Notes: generated from the sequence alone by a model not told the origin. A stretch of DNA of 11,102 bases from Candidatus Sericytochromatia bacterium (GCA_040400605.1 JBBAPZ010000040.1:1-11102); one strand, 5' to 3'; positions 1 to 7,779 are shown, counted from the stretch's first letter. Program-made: numbers and translations.

Positions 1-52
1 GTAAATCTGCCCGGTTTTCCGTACGCTGGTTCGAATCCAGCCCTGTCCACCA
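1..52 (+). tRNA. tRNA-Tyr(GTA), 3' part (5' portion lies upstream of the window); integration target
   Basis: Starts at anticodon GTA followed by AATCTGC, then a long variable arm (CGGTTTTCCG), T-arm GCTGG-TTCGAAT-CCAGC and acceptor strand ending in encoded CCA at 50-52. Confidence 0.93.
28..52 (+). repeat. attL core (tRNA 3' end)
   Basis: GGTTCGAATCCAGCCCTGTCCACCA aligns with 11030-11053 at 21/25 positions. Confidence 0.85.
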
Positions 53-120
53 ATTAATCATTCGCTACTAGCCGCCAATGGCCACGAAACCCCCTAGAAT
101 TCTAACATATATCGCCTAAA

Positions 121-160
121 GTGTTTGCGGGCATTCGCTTGCGTTCGCTGTCAGTCGCGG
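121..160 (+). promoter_or_regulatory. 10-bp phased tandem repeats, putative excisionase/RDF binding array in attL
   Basis: gtgtttgcgg / gcattcgctt / gcgttcgctg / tcagtcgcgg. A related unit tcattcgcta lies at 58-67 and a similar array at 2499-2548. Confidence 0.55.
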
Positions 161-166
161 AGCAAG

Positions 167-241
167 TGTGGGGCCAATGTGGGGTCAGAATGGGTCGGCC
201 CCACATTTTTGGAATTCGAAAATAGTCCGAAAAGTGTGGGG
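167..241. repeat. TGTGGGG boxes, putative integrase arm-type sites (left end)
   Basis: TGTGGGG at 167-173, 178-184 and 235-241, plus inverted CCCCACA at 199-205. The same motif is paired at 10959-10977. Confidence 0.75.
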
Positions 242-250
242 CTGAAAAAT

Positions 251-1474
251 ATGGGCAAGCTGACTGCAATATCGGTGAAGGCGGCACTCGCGACTCCCGG
301 AACTTATCAAGATGGCGACGGGCTTTTCCTCAAAGTGAAGCCGTCGGGCGCTGCAAGCTGGTATCTACGAATCCAGCATGACGGCAAACGGCGCGATATT
401 GGGATCGGAAGCGCCAAGCTAATCACGCTGTCAATGGCACGAGACAAAGCGCGTGAAGTGCGGATGGCCGTAAAGGTTGAGCGGCGGGACATATTGGCGG
501 AACGCAAAGACGCCGCTGCCGCAAAGGTGACATTCCGTGAAGCCGCGATCCAATATCATGCCGAAAATGAAGGCGGCTGGAAAAGCAAAACTTATGCTCG
601 CCAATGGCTCGCGGCCTTGGAAAATTATGCCTTCCCCAAGCTTGGCAATGAAGCGACTGGGGCAATAACGGCTGCTGACATAATCACGACATTAAGCCCT
701 ATCTGGCAGGACATTCCCGAAACGGCGCGACAGGTGCGCAATCGCATATGCGCTGTTCTCGATTACGCCCATGCCAAGGGCTGGCGATCAAGCGAAGCGC
801 CTTCCGGTAATGGTAGTCTGAAAGCGGGGAGGGGACTGCCAAGGCAAGTAAAAGAGCAGGTCCACCGCAAAGCGATGCCCTATTTGGAAATCCCTTCCTT
901 TATACACGCCCTGCAAAGGAAACATTCTTATGGGCGGTTAGCGCTCGAATTGCTGATTCTGACTGGAGTTCGCTCACAGGAAGCACGGCTGGCAAAATGG
1001 GATGAGTTTAACTTGGAATTAGCGCTATGGACCGTTCCAGCTGACCATATGAAACGGGCAAAGGCGCATATCGTGCCGCTGAGCCATGCGGCTTTGGCTG
1101 TGCTTAACAGGGCGGCGGCATTGAGACTGGCAGGCAGCGATTTCGTCTTTCCGGGGGTTAATGGGGCAATGAGCGATATGACGCTGTTGAAAGTGTTGCG
1201 GGATGCTGGAGAGCCTTATCATGTGCATGGTTTCCGTTCAGCTTTTACCGACTGGGCGGCCAATGAGGGCTTTCCTGACGCTGTTGTCGAAGCTGCACTG
1301 GCGCACAAGACGCCGGACGCGGTGCAAGCCGCCTACCGCCGGACAACCTACCTTGGGACGCCTGACAATCCGGGGGAGCGGGTTCGACTGATGGAAATCT
1401 GGGGACGCTATTGCGCCGGTGCAAGCCGCGCAGCCAAGGTTGTTCCATTTCCCGGCGTGAAGATGAATACCTAA
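251..1474 (+). CDS. P4-family tyrosine integrase with N-terminal arm-DNA-binding domain (407 aa)
   Basis: Start ATG at 251 (MGKLTAISVK...DGDGLFLKV...W...GKRRDIGIG, arm-binding type). Catalytic R (GVRSQE), K (HMK), HGFR, LAH and Y (AAYRR) are present. The ORF-track extension from 125 runs across att repeats and is unlikely to be real. Confidence 0.95.
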   Translation: MGKLTAISVKAALATPGTYQDGDGLFLKVKPSGAASWYLRIQHDGKRRDIGIGSAKLITLSMARDKAREVRMAVKVERRDILAERKDAAAAKVTFREAAIQYHAENEGGWKSKTYARQWLAALENYAFPKLGNEATGAITAADIITTLSPIWQDIPETARQVRNRICAVLDYAHAKGWRSSEAPSGNGSLKAGRGLPRQVKEQVHRKAMPYLEIPSFIHALQRKHSYGRLALELLILTGVRSQEARLAKWDEFNLELALWTVPADHMKRAKAHIVPLSHAALAVLNRAAALRLAGSDFVFPGVNGAMSDMTLLKVLRDAGEPYHVHGFRSAFTDWAANEGFPDAVVEAALAHKTPDAVQAAYRRTTYLGTPDNPGERVRLMEIWGRYCAGASRAAKVVPFPGVKMNT

Positions 1475-1625
1475 GCTATGGGGCCACCGACTGCGACTTG
1501 CTGCGCGGCACCTATTTTGGACATGCAAATTGCGATTAGGGCGCTACGGCAGCGAAATCGCAGCAAGAAATGCCTTCCTGTCTGGGCAGTCGCGTCGATA
1601 TTGTGAATCTCTATCGAAATGGTAA

Positions 1626-2462
1626 TTGGGTAATGTGAAACTAATATCATCAAAGAACGCAATCGATTTTTTGAGCCAAGCGTGTCCGCGAGTCTGGACG
1701 CAACGGATGCTAAAATGGATGATTTTTGATCGCGAGTTGGACGCTTATGCTGAGCGCGTAATTGTCCAACCTTACAGTAATGTGTTTGCATTTACGGCCG
1801 AACTTTACGACACCGCCAAAGAATTCTCTGGTCCATCAATGGATAAGGCAATTTCTGATTACTATCCTAAGGATATGGCCGAAAAACTGATTGGAAAAAA
1901 ACACGACGAGCGCGTCAATGATGAACAAAATATCGTCGAGGGCTGGGAGTCGGTTGGTTCAATTGATCCCGGCTTTATTATGTTTGCATCTAACATTGAT
2001 TGGGACTCTGGCATTATAGAGGTCGAGTGGATCGATGATGATAATCTTGCAAATGAGAATTTATTTCCGAGTCAAGATTACGCAGGCTCGGAGTTTGAAA
2101 AAGCCGATTACGAAATACGGTTCGAGGGCCTGAAATTTGACGCAAGCCGGATTGAACTGCTCTGGCCAAACGCAACTTTCGATGTATCCAAAGAACCCAG
2201 TTTAAAGGGTGGTCGTAACAGGCAGTCAATAGGTCGTCCTACAAAGTGGAACTGGGATGGCGTCATGGCTTATGTCGTCTCGCAAGCCCAAACACCAGAC
2301 GGCTTGCCAACCGGTGCCGGTGCGCAAGCTCGCATTGAGGAAATGATTTCTGGCTGGTTTTTGCTTGAATCCGGCGACAGCCCTGCGCCAAGTCAGGTTC
2401 GCCAACGTGCTGCGCTAATAATGAAAACGTTAGAAAGGCCAGAAACGCCTAAAAATATTTGA
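1626..2462 (+). CDS. Hypothetical protein; acidic core with a possible C-terminal DNA-binding helical domain (start may be GTG 1635)
   Basis: Long ORF filling the gap between the integrase and the excisionase-like gene. The C-terminus GRPTKWNWD...WF...P.PSQVRQR resembles HTH-like tails of island proteins (inference). Confidence 0.8.
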   Translation: MGNVKLISSKNAIDFLSQACPRVWTQRMLKWMIFDRELDAYAERVIVQPYSNVFAFTAELYDTAKEFSGPSMDKAISDYYPKDMAEKLIGKKHDERVNDEQNIVEGWESVGSIDPGFIMFASNIDWDSGIIEVEWIDDDNLANENLFPSQDYAGSEFEKADYEIRFEGLKFDASRIELLWPNATFDVSKEPSLKGGRNRQSIGRPTKWNWDGVMAYVVSQAQTPDGLPTGAGAQARIEEMISGWFLLESGDSPAPSQVRQRAALIMKTLERPETPKNI

Positions 2463-2498
2463 AGGCATTTTTGCTTAATACAGGCCGACAGTTCCAAA

Positions 2499-2548
2499 GT
2501 GTTCGCCGCATATTGCAGTCAATCGCTGGCATCCGCTGGCGTTTGAAA
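2499..2548 (+). promoter_or_regulatory. 10-bp phased repeats upstream of the excisionase-like gene (putative autoregulatory operator)
   Basis: gtgttcgccg / catattgcag / tcaatcgctg / gcatccgctg / gcgtttgaaa. Like the attL array, it begins with AAAGTGTTYGC. Confidence 0.5.
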
Positions 2549-2558
2549 GGCAATAGGA

Positions 2559-2726
2559 ATGGAACAACTGACTACATCGGTAAATGCAACTATGCGCGCC
2601 TTGGGCTTGGGGCGAACGACGGTTAATGCGATGATAAGCGACGGGCGGCTGGAAAGCATAAAGCTGGGCGGGCGGCGGCTTGTAAAGGTGGCATCGATCC
2701 GCCGTTTGATTGACGACAAAGCGTAA
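2559..2726 (+). CDS. Excisionase/RDF-like HTH_17 DNA-binding protein, 55 aa (absent from ORF track)
   Basis: Manual translation gives MEQLTTSVNATMRALGLGRTTVNAMISDGRLESIKLGGRRLVKVASIRRLIDDKA*, a typical Xis pattern (LG.GRTT....I..G.L...K.G.R.L). AAGG/AGGA lies upstream. Confidence 0.88.
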   Translation: MEQLTTSVNATMRALGLGRTTVNAMISDGRLESIKLGGRRLVKVASIRRLIDDKA

Positions 2727-2734
2727 TCGCTGCG

Positions 2735-3214
2735 ATGTCTGGCAGACGCGCGAATCCTCGTCTGATTAAAATGCACCGTAGCTATTCGGTTGAGGAAGCT
2801 GCGCTAAAGCTGGGTGTCCATAAAAACTCGATACGTAGCTGGATCAAGGCTGGGCTGCCGACTCTCGACAACTCTCGTCCTACACTCATTCTTGGTGGCG
2901 AACTGAAGGCGTGGCTGGGTAAAAAGCGCAAAGCCGCAAAACGCCCATGTTCGCCCGGCACGTTCTATTGCTTCAAATGCCGGATACCGAAAGCGCCCGC
3001 GCTTGGCATGGTCGAATACAAGCCCATGAACGACACATCAGGTAACCTGATTGCTCTTTGCGTAGACTGCGGAACCATGATGCACCGTCGCGCGCGAAAG
3101 GAAGCAATTGAGGCAATCATGCCCAATTTAGCCATCCAAATTTCGGGAGCAAAGCCAAGCTTAATAGAGCGGAAACATCCCTCCCTAAACTGTGACAAGA
3201 TGACGGACACCTGA
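2735..3214 (+). CDS. HTH_17 (MerR/Xis-like) protein with C-terminal CxxC...CxxC zinc ribbon
   Basis: YSVEEAALKLGVHKNSIRSWIKAGL is an HTH; YCFKC and LCVDC are Cys pairs. The gene lies 8 bp after the upstream stop and 3 bp before the recombinase start. Confidence 0.88.
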   Translation: MSGRRANPRLIKMHRSYSVEEAALKLGVHKNSIRSWIKAGLPTLDNSRPTLILGGELKAWLGKKRKAAKRPCSPGTFYCFKCRIPKAPALGMVEYKPMNDTSGNLIALCVDCGTMMHRRARKEAIEAIMPNLAIQISGAKPSLIERKHPSLNCDKMTDT

Positions 3215-3217
3215 GAC

Positions 3218-4318
3218 ATGGCAAAACCCAACTCTGCAAACACCCGGATCAAGCGTGAATATTTCCAATATCTGAAGGAAGCGATGCGCCGCGATGAGGC
3301 CTCCATTGATGCCGTAGCAAAGGCGCTATCGCGCTTTGAAGAATCCAACGGGTACAAGGATTTTGACCGCTTCCACCGCGAGCAGGCGGTTGCCTTCAAG
3401 CGCAAGCTGGATGAGCAAACATCGGTTCGCACTGGCAAGCCATTGAGCCGCGCTACTGTGCACTCGACGCTGTCAGCATTGAAGGCGTTTTTCTTCTGGC
3501 TTGCTGGCCAGCCCGGTTACAAATCCAAAATCGCATATGATGACGCCAACTATTTCAACCTAAGCGAAAAAGATGTGCGCATCGCCAATGCCAGCCGTCA
3601 GCGCCCGGTGCCAACGCTGGACCAAATCAATCATGTGTTGGCCTCAATGCCAGCTGCGAGCGACATTGAACTGCGGAACCGGGCACTTATAGCCTTTACG
3701 ATACTGACCGGCGCACGCGATGGTGCAATAGCATCATTGAAGATGAAGCATATCGACCTTGCCGAAGGCGTCGTGCACCAAGATGCACGCGATGTTCGCA
3801 CAAAGGCGTCCAAGTCGTTCCGCACATGGTTCTTTCCGGTCGGCGGCGATGCATTGGAGATATTCAACAGTTATTGCCAGCACCTGCGCGATAAGCTGCT
3901 TTGGGGCGATGATGATCCGATGTTTCCAGCAACGCTGATCGCCATTGACGGAAGTGGAGGCTTCTCACCAAGCGGCCTACGACGTGAAAACTGGAAAAGT
4001 GCTGGGCCTATTCGCGAAATATTCAAAGCAGCATTCGAGACGGCTGGGTTGCCCTATTTCAACCCGCACAGTTTCCGGAACACGTTGGTCCAGTTGGGCG
4101 AGCGAACATGCACCTCAGCCGAAACATTCAAGGCATGGTCGCAAAACTTGGGCCATGAGCAGGTGCTGACTACATTCACCAGCTACGGAAGGGTTGCGCC
4201 GCATCGGCAGGCCGCGTTAATTCGGGCGATGGATAGGTCGCGGGTAGGCGATACGGATGAACGGCTTACCGAAATGCTGGCCGAAACAATCCGCAATTAT
4301 CAGTCAGGCAGATATTAA
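3218..4318 (+). CDS. Second tyrosine recombinase/integrase (366 aa, no arm-binding domain evident)
   Basis: Core-binding region (LSRATVHSTLSALKAFFFWL) and catalytic R (TGARDG), K (VRTK), HSFR, LGH and Y (TSYG). Confidence 0.92.
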   Translation: MAKPNSANTRIKREYFQYLKEAMRRDEASIDAVAKALSRFEESNGYKDFDRFHREQAVAFKRKLDEQTSVRTGKPLSRATVHSTLSALKAFFFWLAGQPGYKSKIAYDDANYFNLSEKDVRIANASRQRPVPTLDQINHVLASMPAASDIELRNRALIAFTILTGARDGAIASLKMKHIDLAEGVVHQDARDVRTKASKSFRTWFFPVGGDALEIFNSYCQHLRDKLLWGDDDPMFPATLIAIDGSGGFSPSGLRRENWKSAGPIREIFKAAFETAGLPYFNPHSFRNTLVQLGERTCTSAETFKAWSQNLGHEQVLTTFTSYGRVAPHRQAALIRAMDRSRVGDTDERLTEMLAETIRNYQSGRY

Positions 4319-4352
4319 GCTGATTAAGTTGGCGTTATTTTCATTCTCTCAA

Positions 4353-4409
4353 CAAGCTAATGCTTGCGGACGTTCGATTGTAATTTCATAGATGGAGTAG
4401 GAAAAAGGA
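4353..4409 (+). promoter_or_regulatory. Putative hsd operon promoter/RBS region with small palindrome
   Basis: CAAGC-TAAT-GCTTG (4353-4366) overlaps a -35-like TTGCGG (4364-4369), followed 17 bp later by CATAGA. RBS AAGGA at 4405-4409 precedes ATG 4416. Confidence 0.35.
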
Positions 4410-4415
4410 ACCAGA

Positions 4416-5960
4416 ATGACAGGCCAACAACAACGCGATAAATTACGCCGCCAAATCTGGGCGATTGCCAACGAGGTCAGAGGCGCGGTTGATGGTTGGG
4501 ATTTCAAGCAGTTCGTGCTGGGAGCATTGTTCTACCGGTTCATTAGCGAAAACTTCACAAGTTTCATCGAAGCAAGTGACGATAGCGTCAATTACGCCAA
4601 GATGCCGGACAGCGCCATTCCCGACGCGGTTAAGGTTGATGCGGTCAAGACCAAGGGCTATTTCATATACCCGAGCCAGCTTTTTGCCAATGTCGCGGCA
4701 AAGGCCAACACCAACGAAAGCCTGAACACCGATCTCGCTGCGGCCTTTAAGGCGATTGAAGCTTCGGCGAATGGCTACCCTTCGGAAGAAGACATCAAAG
4801 GCTTATTCTCCGACTTTGACACCACCAGCAACCGGCTGGGCAATACGGTGAAGGACAAGAACGCCCGGCTGGCAGCGGTCCTGAAGGGCGTTGCCGAACT
4901 CCCTCTGAAGTTTGAGGAAAACGAAAACGATCTCTTCGGCGATGCCTATGAGTTCTTGATCTCTAACTATGCGGCCAATGCAGGCAAATCGGGCGGCGAG
5001 TTCTTCACGCCGCAACATGTGTCCAAGCTTATCGCGCAACTGGCGGTTCACGGGCAAAGCAGCGTCAACAAGATTTACGATCCAGCCGCCGGGTCAGGGT
5101 CGCTGCTTTTGCAGGCCAAGAAGCATTGCGGCGATCATTTCATCGAAGAGGGCTTCTTTGGGCAGGAAATCAACTACACCACCTACAACCTCGCGCGCAT
5201 GAACATGTTCTTGCACAATGTGAACTACGACAAGTTCAACATCCAGAACGGCAACACGCTGGAACATCCGCACTTTCTTGATGAACGGCCCTTCGATGCC
5301 ATCGTCTCAAACCCGCCCTATTCGGTCCGATGGAAGGGAGATGAAGACCCCACACTAATCAATGATGACCGCTTTGCGCCCGCTGGCGTGCTTGCGCCGA
5401 AGTCCAAGGCAGACTTTGCCTTTGTTCTGCACGCGCTGCATTATCTTTCGGCCAAGGGGCGCGCGGCGATTGTATGCTTTCCGGGCATTTTCTATCGTAC
5501 CGGGGCAGAGCAGAAAATCCGAAAATATCTGGTCGACAGCAATGTCGTGGAAACGGTGATTTCGCTCGCGCCTAATCTGTTTTTCGGCACTACGATTGCG
5601 GTCAACATACTGGTGCTGGCCAAGAACAAGACTGATACCAAGGTGCAGTTCATTGATGCCAGCGGTGAGGATTTTTTCGCCAAGAAGACCAACACCAACG
5701 AGATGAGCGATGATCACGTTGCCGAGATCATTCGGATGTTCGCCAGCAAGGAGAACGTGCCGCATGTGGCCGAGACGGTGGACCAGCAACGCGTCATTGA
5801 TGCGGATTACAACCTTTCGGTCAGCGCCTATGTCGAACCGAAGGACACCCGCAATCAGGTGAGCATTGCCGAGTTAAATGCGGAATTGAAAACCACTGTT
5901 GCCAAGATTGACCGGCTGCGCAGCGAGATTGATGCGATTGTCGCGGAGATCGAGGCGTGA
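4416..5960 (+). CDS. hsdM: Type I (IC family) restriction-modification m6A methyltransferase subunit
   Basis: GEFFTP, motif [11 protein letters not shown] and motif IV NPPY. Closely resembles EcoR124I/EcoprrI HsdM as recalled. Confidence 0.97.
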   Translation: MTGQQQRDKLRRQIWAIANEVRGAVDGWDFKQFVLGALFYRFISENFTSFIEASDDSVNYAKMPDSAIPDAVKVDAVKTKGYFIYPSQLFANVAAKANTNESLNTDLAAAFKAIEASANGYPSEEDIKGLFSDFDTTSNRLGNTVKDKNARLAAVLKGVAELPLKFEENENDLFGDAYEFLISNYAANAGKSGGEFFTPQHVSKLIAQLAVHGQSSVNKIYDPAAGSGSLLLQAKKHCGDHFIEEGFFGQEINYTTYNLARMNMFLHNVNYDKFNIQNGNTLEHPHFLDERPFDAIVSNPPYSVRWKGDEDPTLINDDRFAPAGVLAPKSKADFAFVLHALHYLSAKGRAAIVCFPGIFYRTGAEQKIRKYLVDSNVVETVISLAPNLFFGTTIAVNILVLAKNKTDTKVQFIDASGEDFFAKKTNTNEMSDDHVAEIIRMFASKENVPHVAETVDQQRVIDADYNLSVSAYVEPKDTRNQVSIAELNAELKTTVAKIDRLRSEIDAIVAEIEA

Positions 5961-6571
5961 GCGATCTGGGCTTTCTGGAAAAGCTGCTGGATGGGGCTGG
6001 GGTGGAGTGGTTGCCGATTGGCGACGAAGACTACTTTGAAATAGCAAACAGTGGGCGAAGGCCGGTCAAGTCCTCTCTACGTGTTGCTGGCGATACGCCT
6101 TACTACGGCGCTAACAACATCCAAGACTATGTTCAGGGCCATACGCATGAAGGCGAGTTCGTGCTGATTGCTGAAGACGGTTCCGCGAGCTTGGAAAATT
6201 ACTCAATCCAGTATGTGACTGGTCGTTTCTGGGCGAACAATCACGTCCATGTGGTTCGCGGCAATGAGAAAGTTAACACCAGATACCTGTTTCATTATTT
6301 GTGCATTGCCAACTTTCAGCCTTACCTCTCAGGCGGAGGTCGAGCGAAGCTTACAAAGGGGCGGCTGGTTGAAATTTCTGTCCCCGTTCCATGCCCGGAC
6401 GATCCAGAGAAGTCGCTGGCGATACAAGGGGAGATTGTCCGAATATTGGATATTTTCACCGAGCTGAATTCCGGGCTGAACGCCGAGCTTACAGCGCGCA
6501 AGAAACAATACAACCACTATCGCAACCTGCTCCTGAGCTTCCCCAAACCAGCCGAGGCGGCTGAAGCATGA
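5957..6571 (+). CDS. hsdS: Half-size type IC specificity subunit with a single TRD (204 aa)
   Basis: Type IC N-terminus ([14 protein letters not shown]), one TRD, conserved region [21 protein letters not shown]...RKKQY and C-terminal LLSFPKP. GTGA and ATGA overlaps couple it to hsdM and prrC. Confidence 0.93.
   Translation: MSDLGFLEKLLDGAGVEWLPIGDEDYFEIANSGRRPVKSSLRVAGDTPYYGANNIQDYVQGHTHEGEFVLIAEDGSASLENYSIQYVTGRFWANNHVHVVRGNEKVNTRYLFHYLCIANFQPYLSGGGRAKLTKGRLVEISVPVPCPDDPEKSLAIQGEIVRILDIFTELNSGLNAELTARKKQYNHYRNLLLSFPKPAEAAEA
6459..6494 (+). repeat. Degenerate 12-bp 'TAEL' spacer repeats of type IC hsdS
   Basis: ccgagctgaatt / ccgggctgaacg / ccgagcttacag, spanning the codons for [13 protein letters not shown]. 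Confidence 0.7.
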
Positions 6572-7779
6572 GCCAGACCCTTGATCAGATTGCACGGCAG
6601 CTTAGCTCGCCGCAGGTCACGCGAAAGGTCGTGACCAAAGAAACGAAGCAAATCGCGCCCAAAGAGGTCGATGAGACCAAACCGGTTCCCAAGGTCCAAC
6701 TGATCTATGCCTTCAACGGCAACGGCAAAACTCGCCTTTCAAGCTCGTTAAAGGAATTGGTCGATCCCAAGGCCGAAGAGCGCCCGGAGGACCACCTGCC
6801 CAAAATCCTCTACTACAATGCGTTTACCGAAGACCTTTTCTTTTGGGACAACGACCTTGAGAGTGACACCGAGCGCAAGCTGAAAATCCACCCGAACGCC
6901 TATACAAAAACGGCCTTTGAAGACCTTGGCCTTGATGCAAATGTCATCACGACATTCCAGCGTTATACCCAGCCGAACCTGACACCCCGCTTCAGCAGCG
7001 ATTTTCTGGAAGTGACGTTCTCGCTCGAACGCGGCGATGATCAGGGCATCGAAAATCTCAAGATTTCAAAGGGTGAAGAAAGCAACTTCATCTGGAGCGT
7101 TTTCTATTGCCTGCTGGATCAGGTGATCAGCGTGCGGAACATGGCCGAAGTTGAGGACCGCGAAACGCAGCAGTTCAACGATCTCGAATATGTGTTCATA
7201 GATGACCCGGTCAGTTCGCTGGATGAAAACCACCTCATCCAGCTGGCCGTGGATGTGGCAGGATTGATCAAAGGAAGCGATGCGGCGAACGGGCTGAAGT
7301 TCGTGATCACCACGCACAGCCCGCTTTTTTACAACGTCCTGTTCAACGAGCTGAACAGCAAGACCTGCTACATGCTGGAAAAACTGGAAGATGGCACCTT
7401 CAAGCTTGATGCCAAGCAGGGCGATGCAAACAGGAGCTTTTCCTACCACCTTTATCTGCGCCGATTGCTGGCTGAAGCGATTGCGCAAAACAAAATCGAG
7501 CGCATCCATTTCATGTTTCTGCGCAACCTCTACGAGAAGACTGCGGCTTTCCTTGGGTATCAGAATTGGGGCGATTTGCTCAATACGGTGCCTGATGCGG
7601 ATGCGCCCGGTGCAAGGCAGGGCTATTTGAACAGGGTGATGCAGTTCTCCAGCCATTCTAACCTTTCAGGCGAACAGTTTCGGGAGCCGACAGGGCCGGA
7701 AAAGCAGACGGTCAGGCTGCTCTACGATAACCTGATCAATAATTACGGCTTTGTGCCGCAGGAAGCGCAAAATGGTTGA
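6568..7779 (+). CDS. prrC: PrrC anticodon nuclease (ABC-type NTPase + HEPN-like RNase domain)
   Basis: Walker A AFNGNGKT, PrrC box [15 protein letters not shown], signature SKGEE, Walker B/D-loop [11 protein letters not shown]-loop TTHS and nuclease residues R319-E323 (RNLYE) and H363. Sits between hsdS and hsdR as in the E. coli prr locus. Confidence 0.95.
   Translation: MSQTLDQIARQLSSPQVTRKVVTKETKQIAPKEVDETKPVPKVQLIYAFNGNGKTRLSSSLKELVDPKAEERPEDHLPKILYYNAFTEDLFFWDNDLESDTERKLKIHPNAYTKTAFEDLGLDANVITTFQRYTQPNLTPRFSSDFLEVTFSLERGDDQGIENLKISKGEESNFIWSVFYCLLDQVISVRNMAEVEDRETQQFNDLEYVFIDDPVSSLDENHLIQLAVDVAGLIKGSDAANGLKFVITTHSPLFYNVLFNELNSKTCYMLEKLEDGTFKLDAKQGDANRSFSYHLYLRRLLAEAIAQNKIERIHFMFLRNLYEKTAAFLGYQNWGDLLNTVPDADAPGARQGYLNRVMQFSSHSNLSGEQFREPTGPEKQTVRLLYDNLINNYGFVPQEAQNG

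Noticed and set aside
167..241. Repeats as a CRISPR array or iterons
   Set aside because: Units are only 7-12 bp, irregularly spaced, with no spacers, cas or rep gene.
125..250. N-terminal extension of the integrase ORF from TTG 125
   Set aside because: It runs through att repeat arrays, and the recognisable integrase domain starts at ATG 251.
1471..1791. Minus-strand 106-aa ORF
   Set aside because: It overlaps the 278-aa + strand gene and has no recognisable motif.
2519..2776. Minus-strand 85-aa ORF
   Set aside because: It is the antisense shadow of the Xis-like gene 2559-2726.
3218..6571. hsdS shufflon (invertible TRD locus) driven by the second recombinase
   Set aside because: No silent TRD copies or inverted hsdS repeats were found in the island. 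It is kept only as a remote hypothesis.
5957..6571. hsdS as a pseudogene
   Set aside because: No frameshift or remnant, a normal C-terminal motif, and preserved translational coupling on both sides.
7066..7656. 196-aa minus-strand ORF and other antisense or alternate-frame ORFs inside int, hsdM, prrC and hsdR
   Set aside because: They are shadows of well-supported genes and lack motifs.
7751..7771. TTG start for hsdR at 7751
   Set aside because: ATG 7772 has an RBS-like AGGAAG and a short overlap with the prrC stop.
6568..7779. RloC call, or a functional link between the anticodon nuclease and the tRNA-Tyr insertion site
   Set aside because: It has no coiled-coil/zinc-hook insert, and its size and PrrC box fit PrrC. 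Known PrrC targets tRNA-Lys, and nothing in the sequence links it to tRNA-Tyr.
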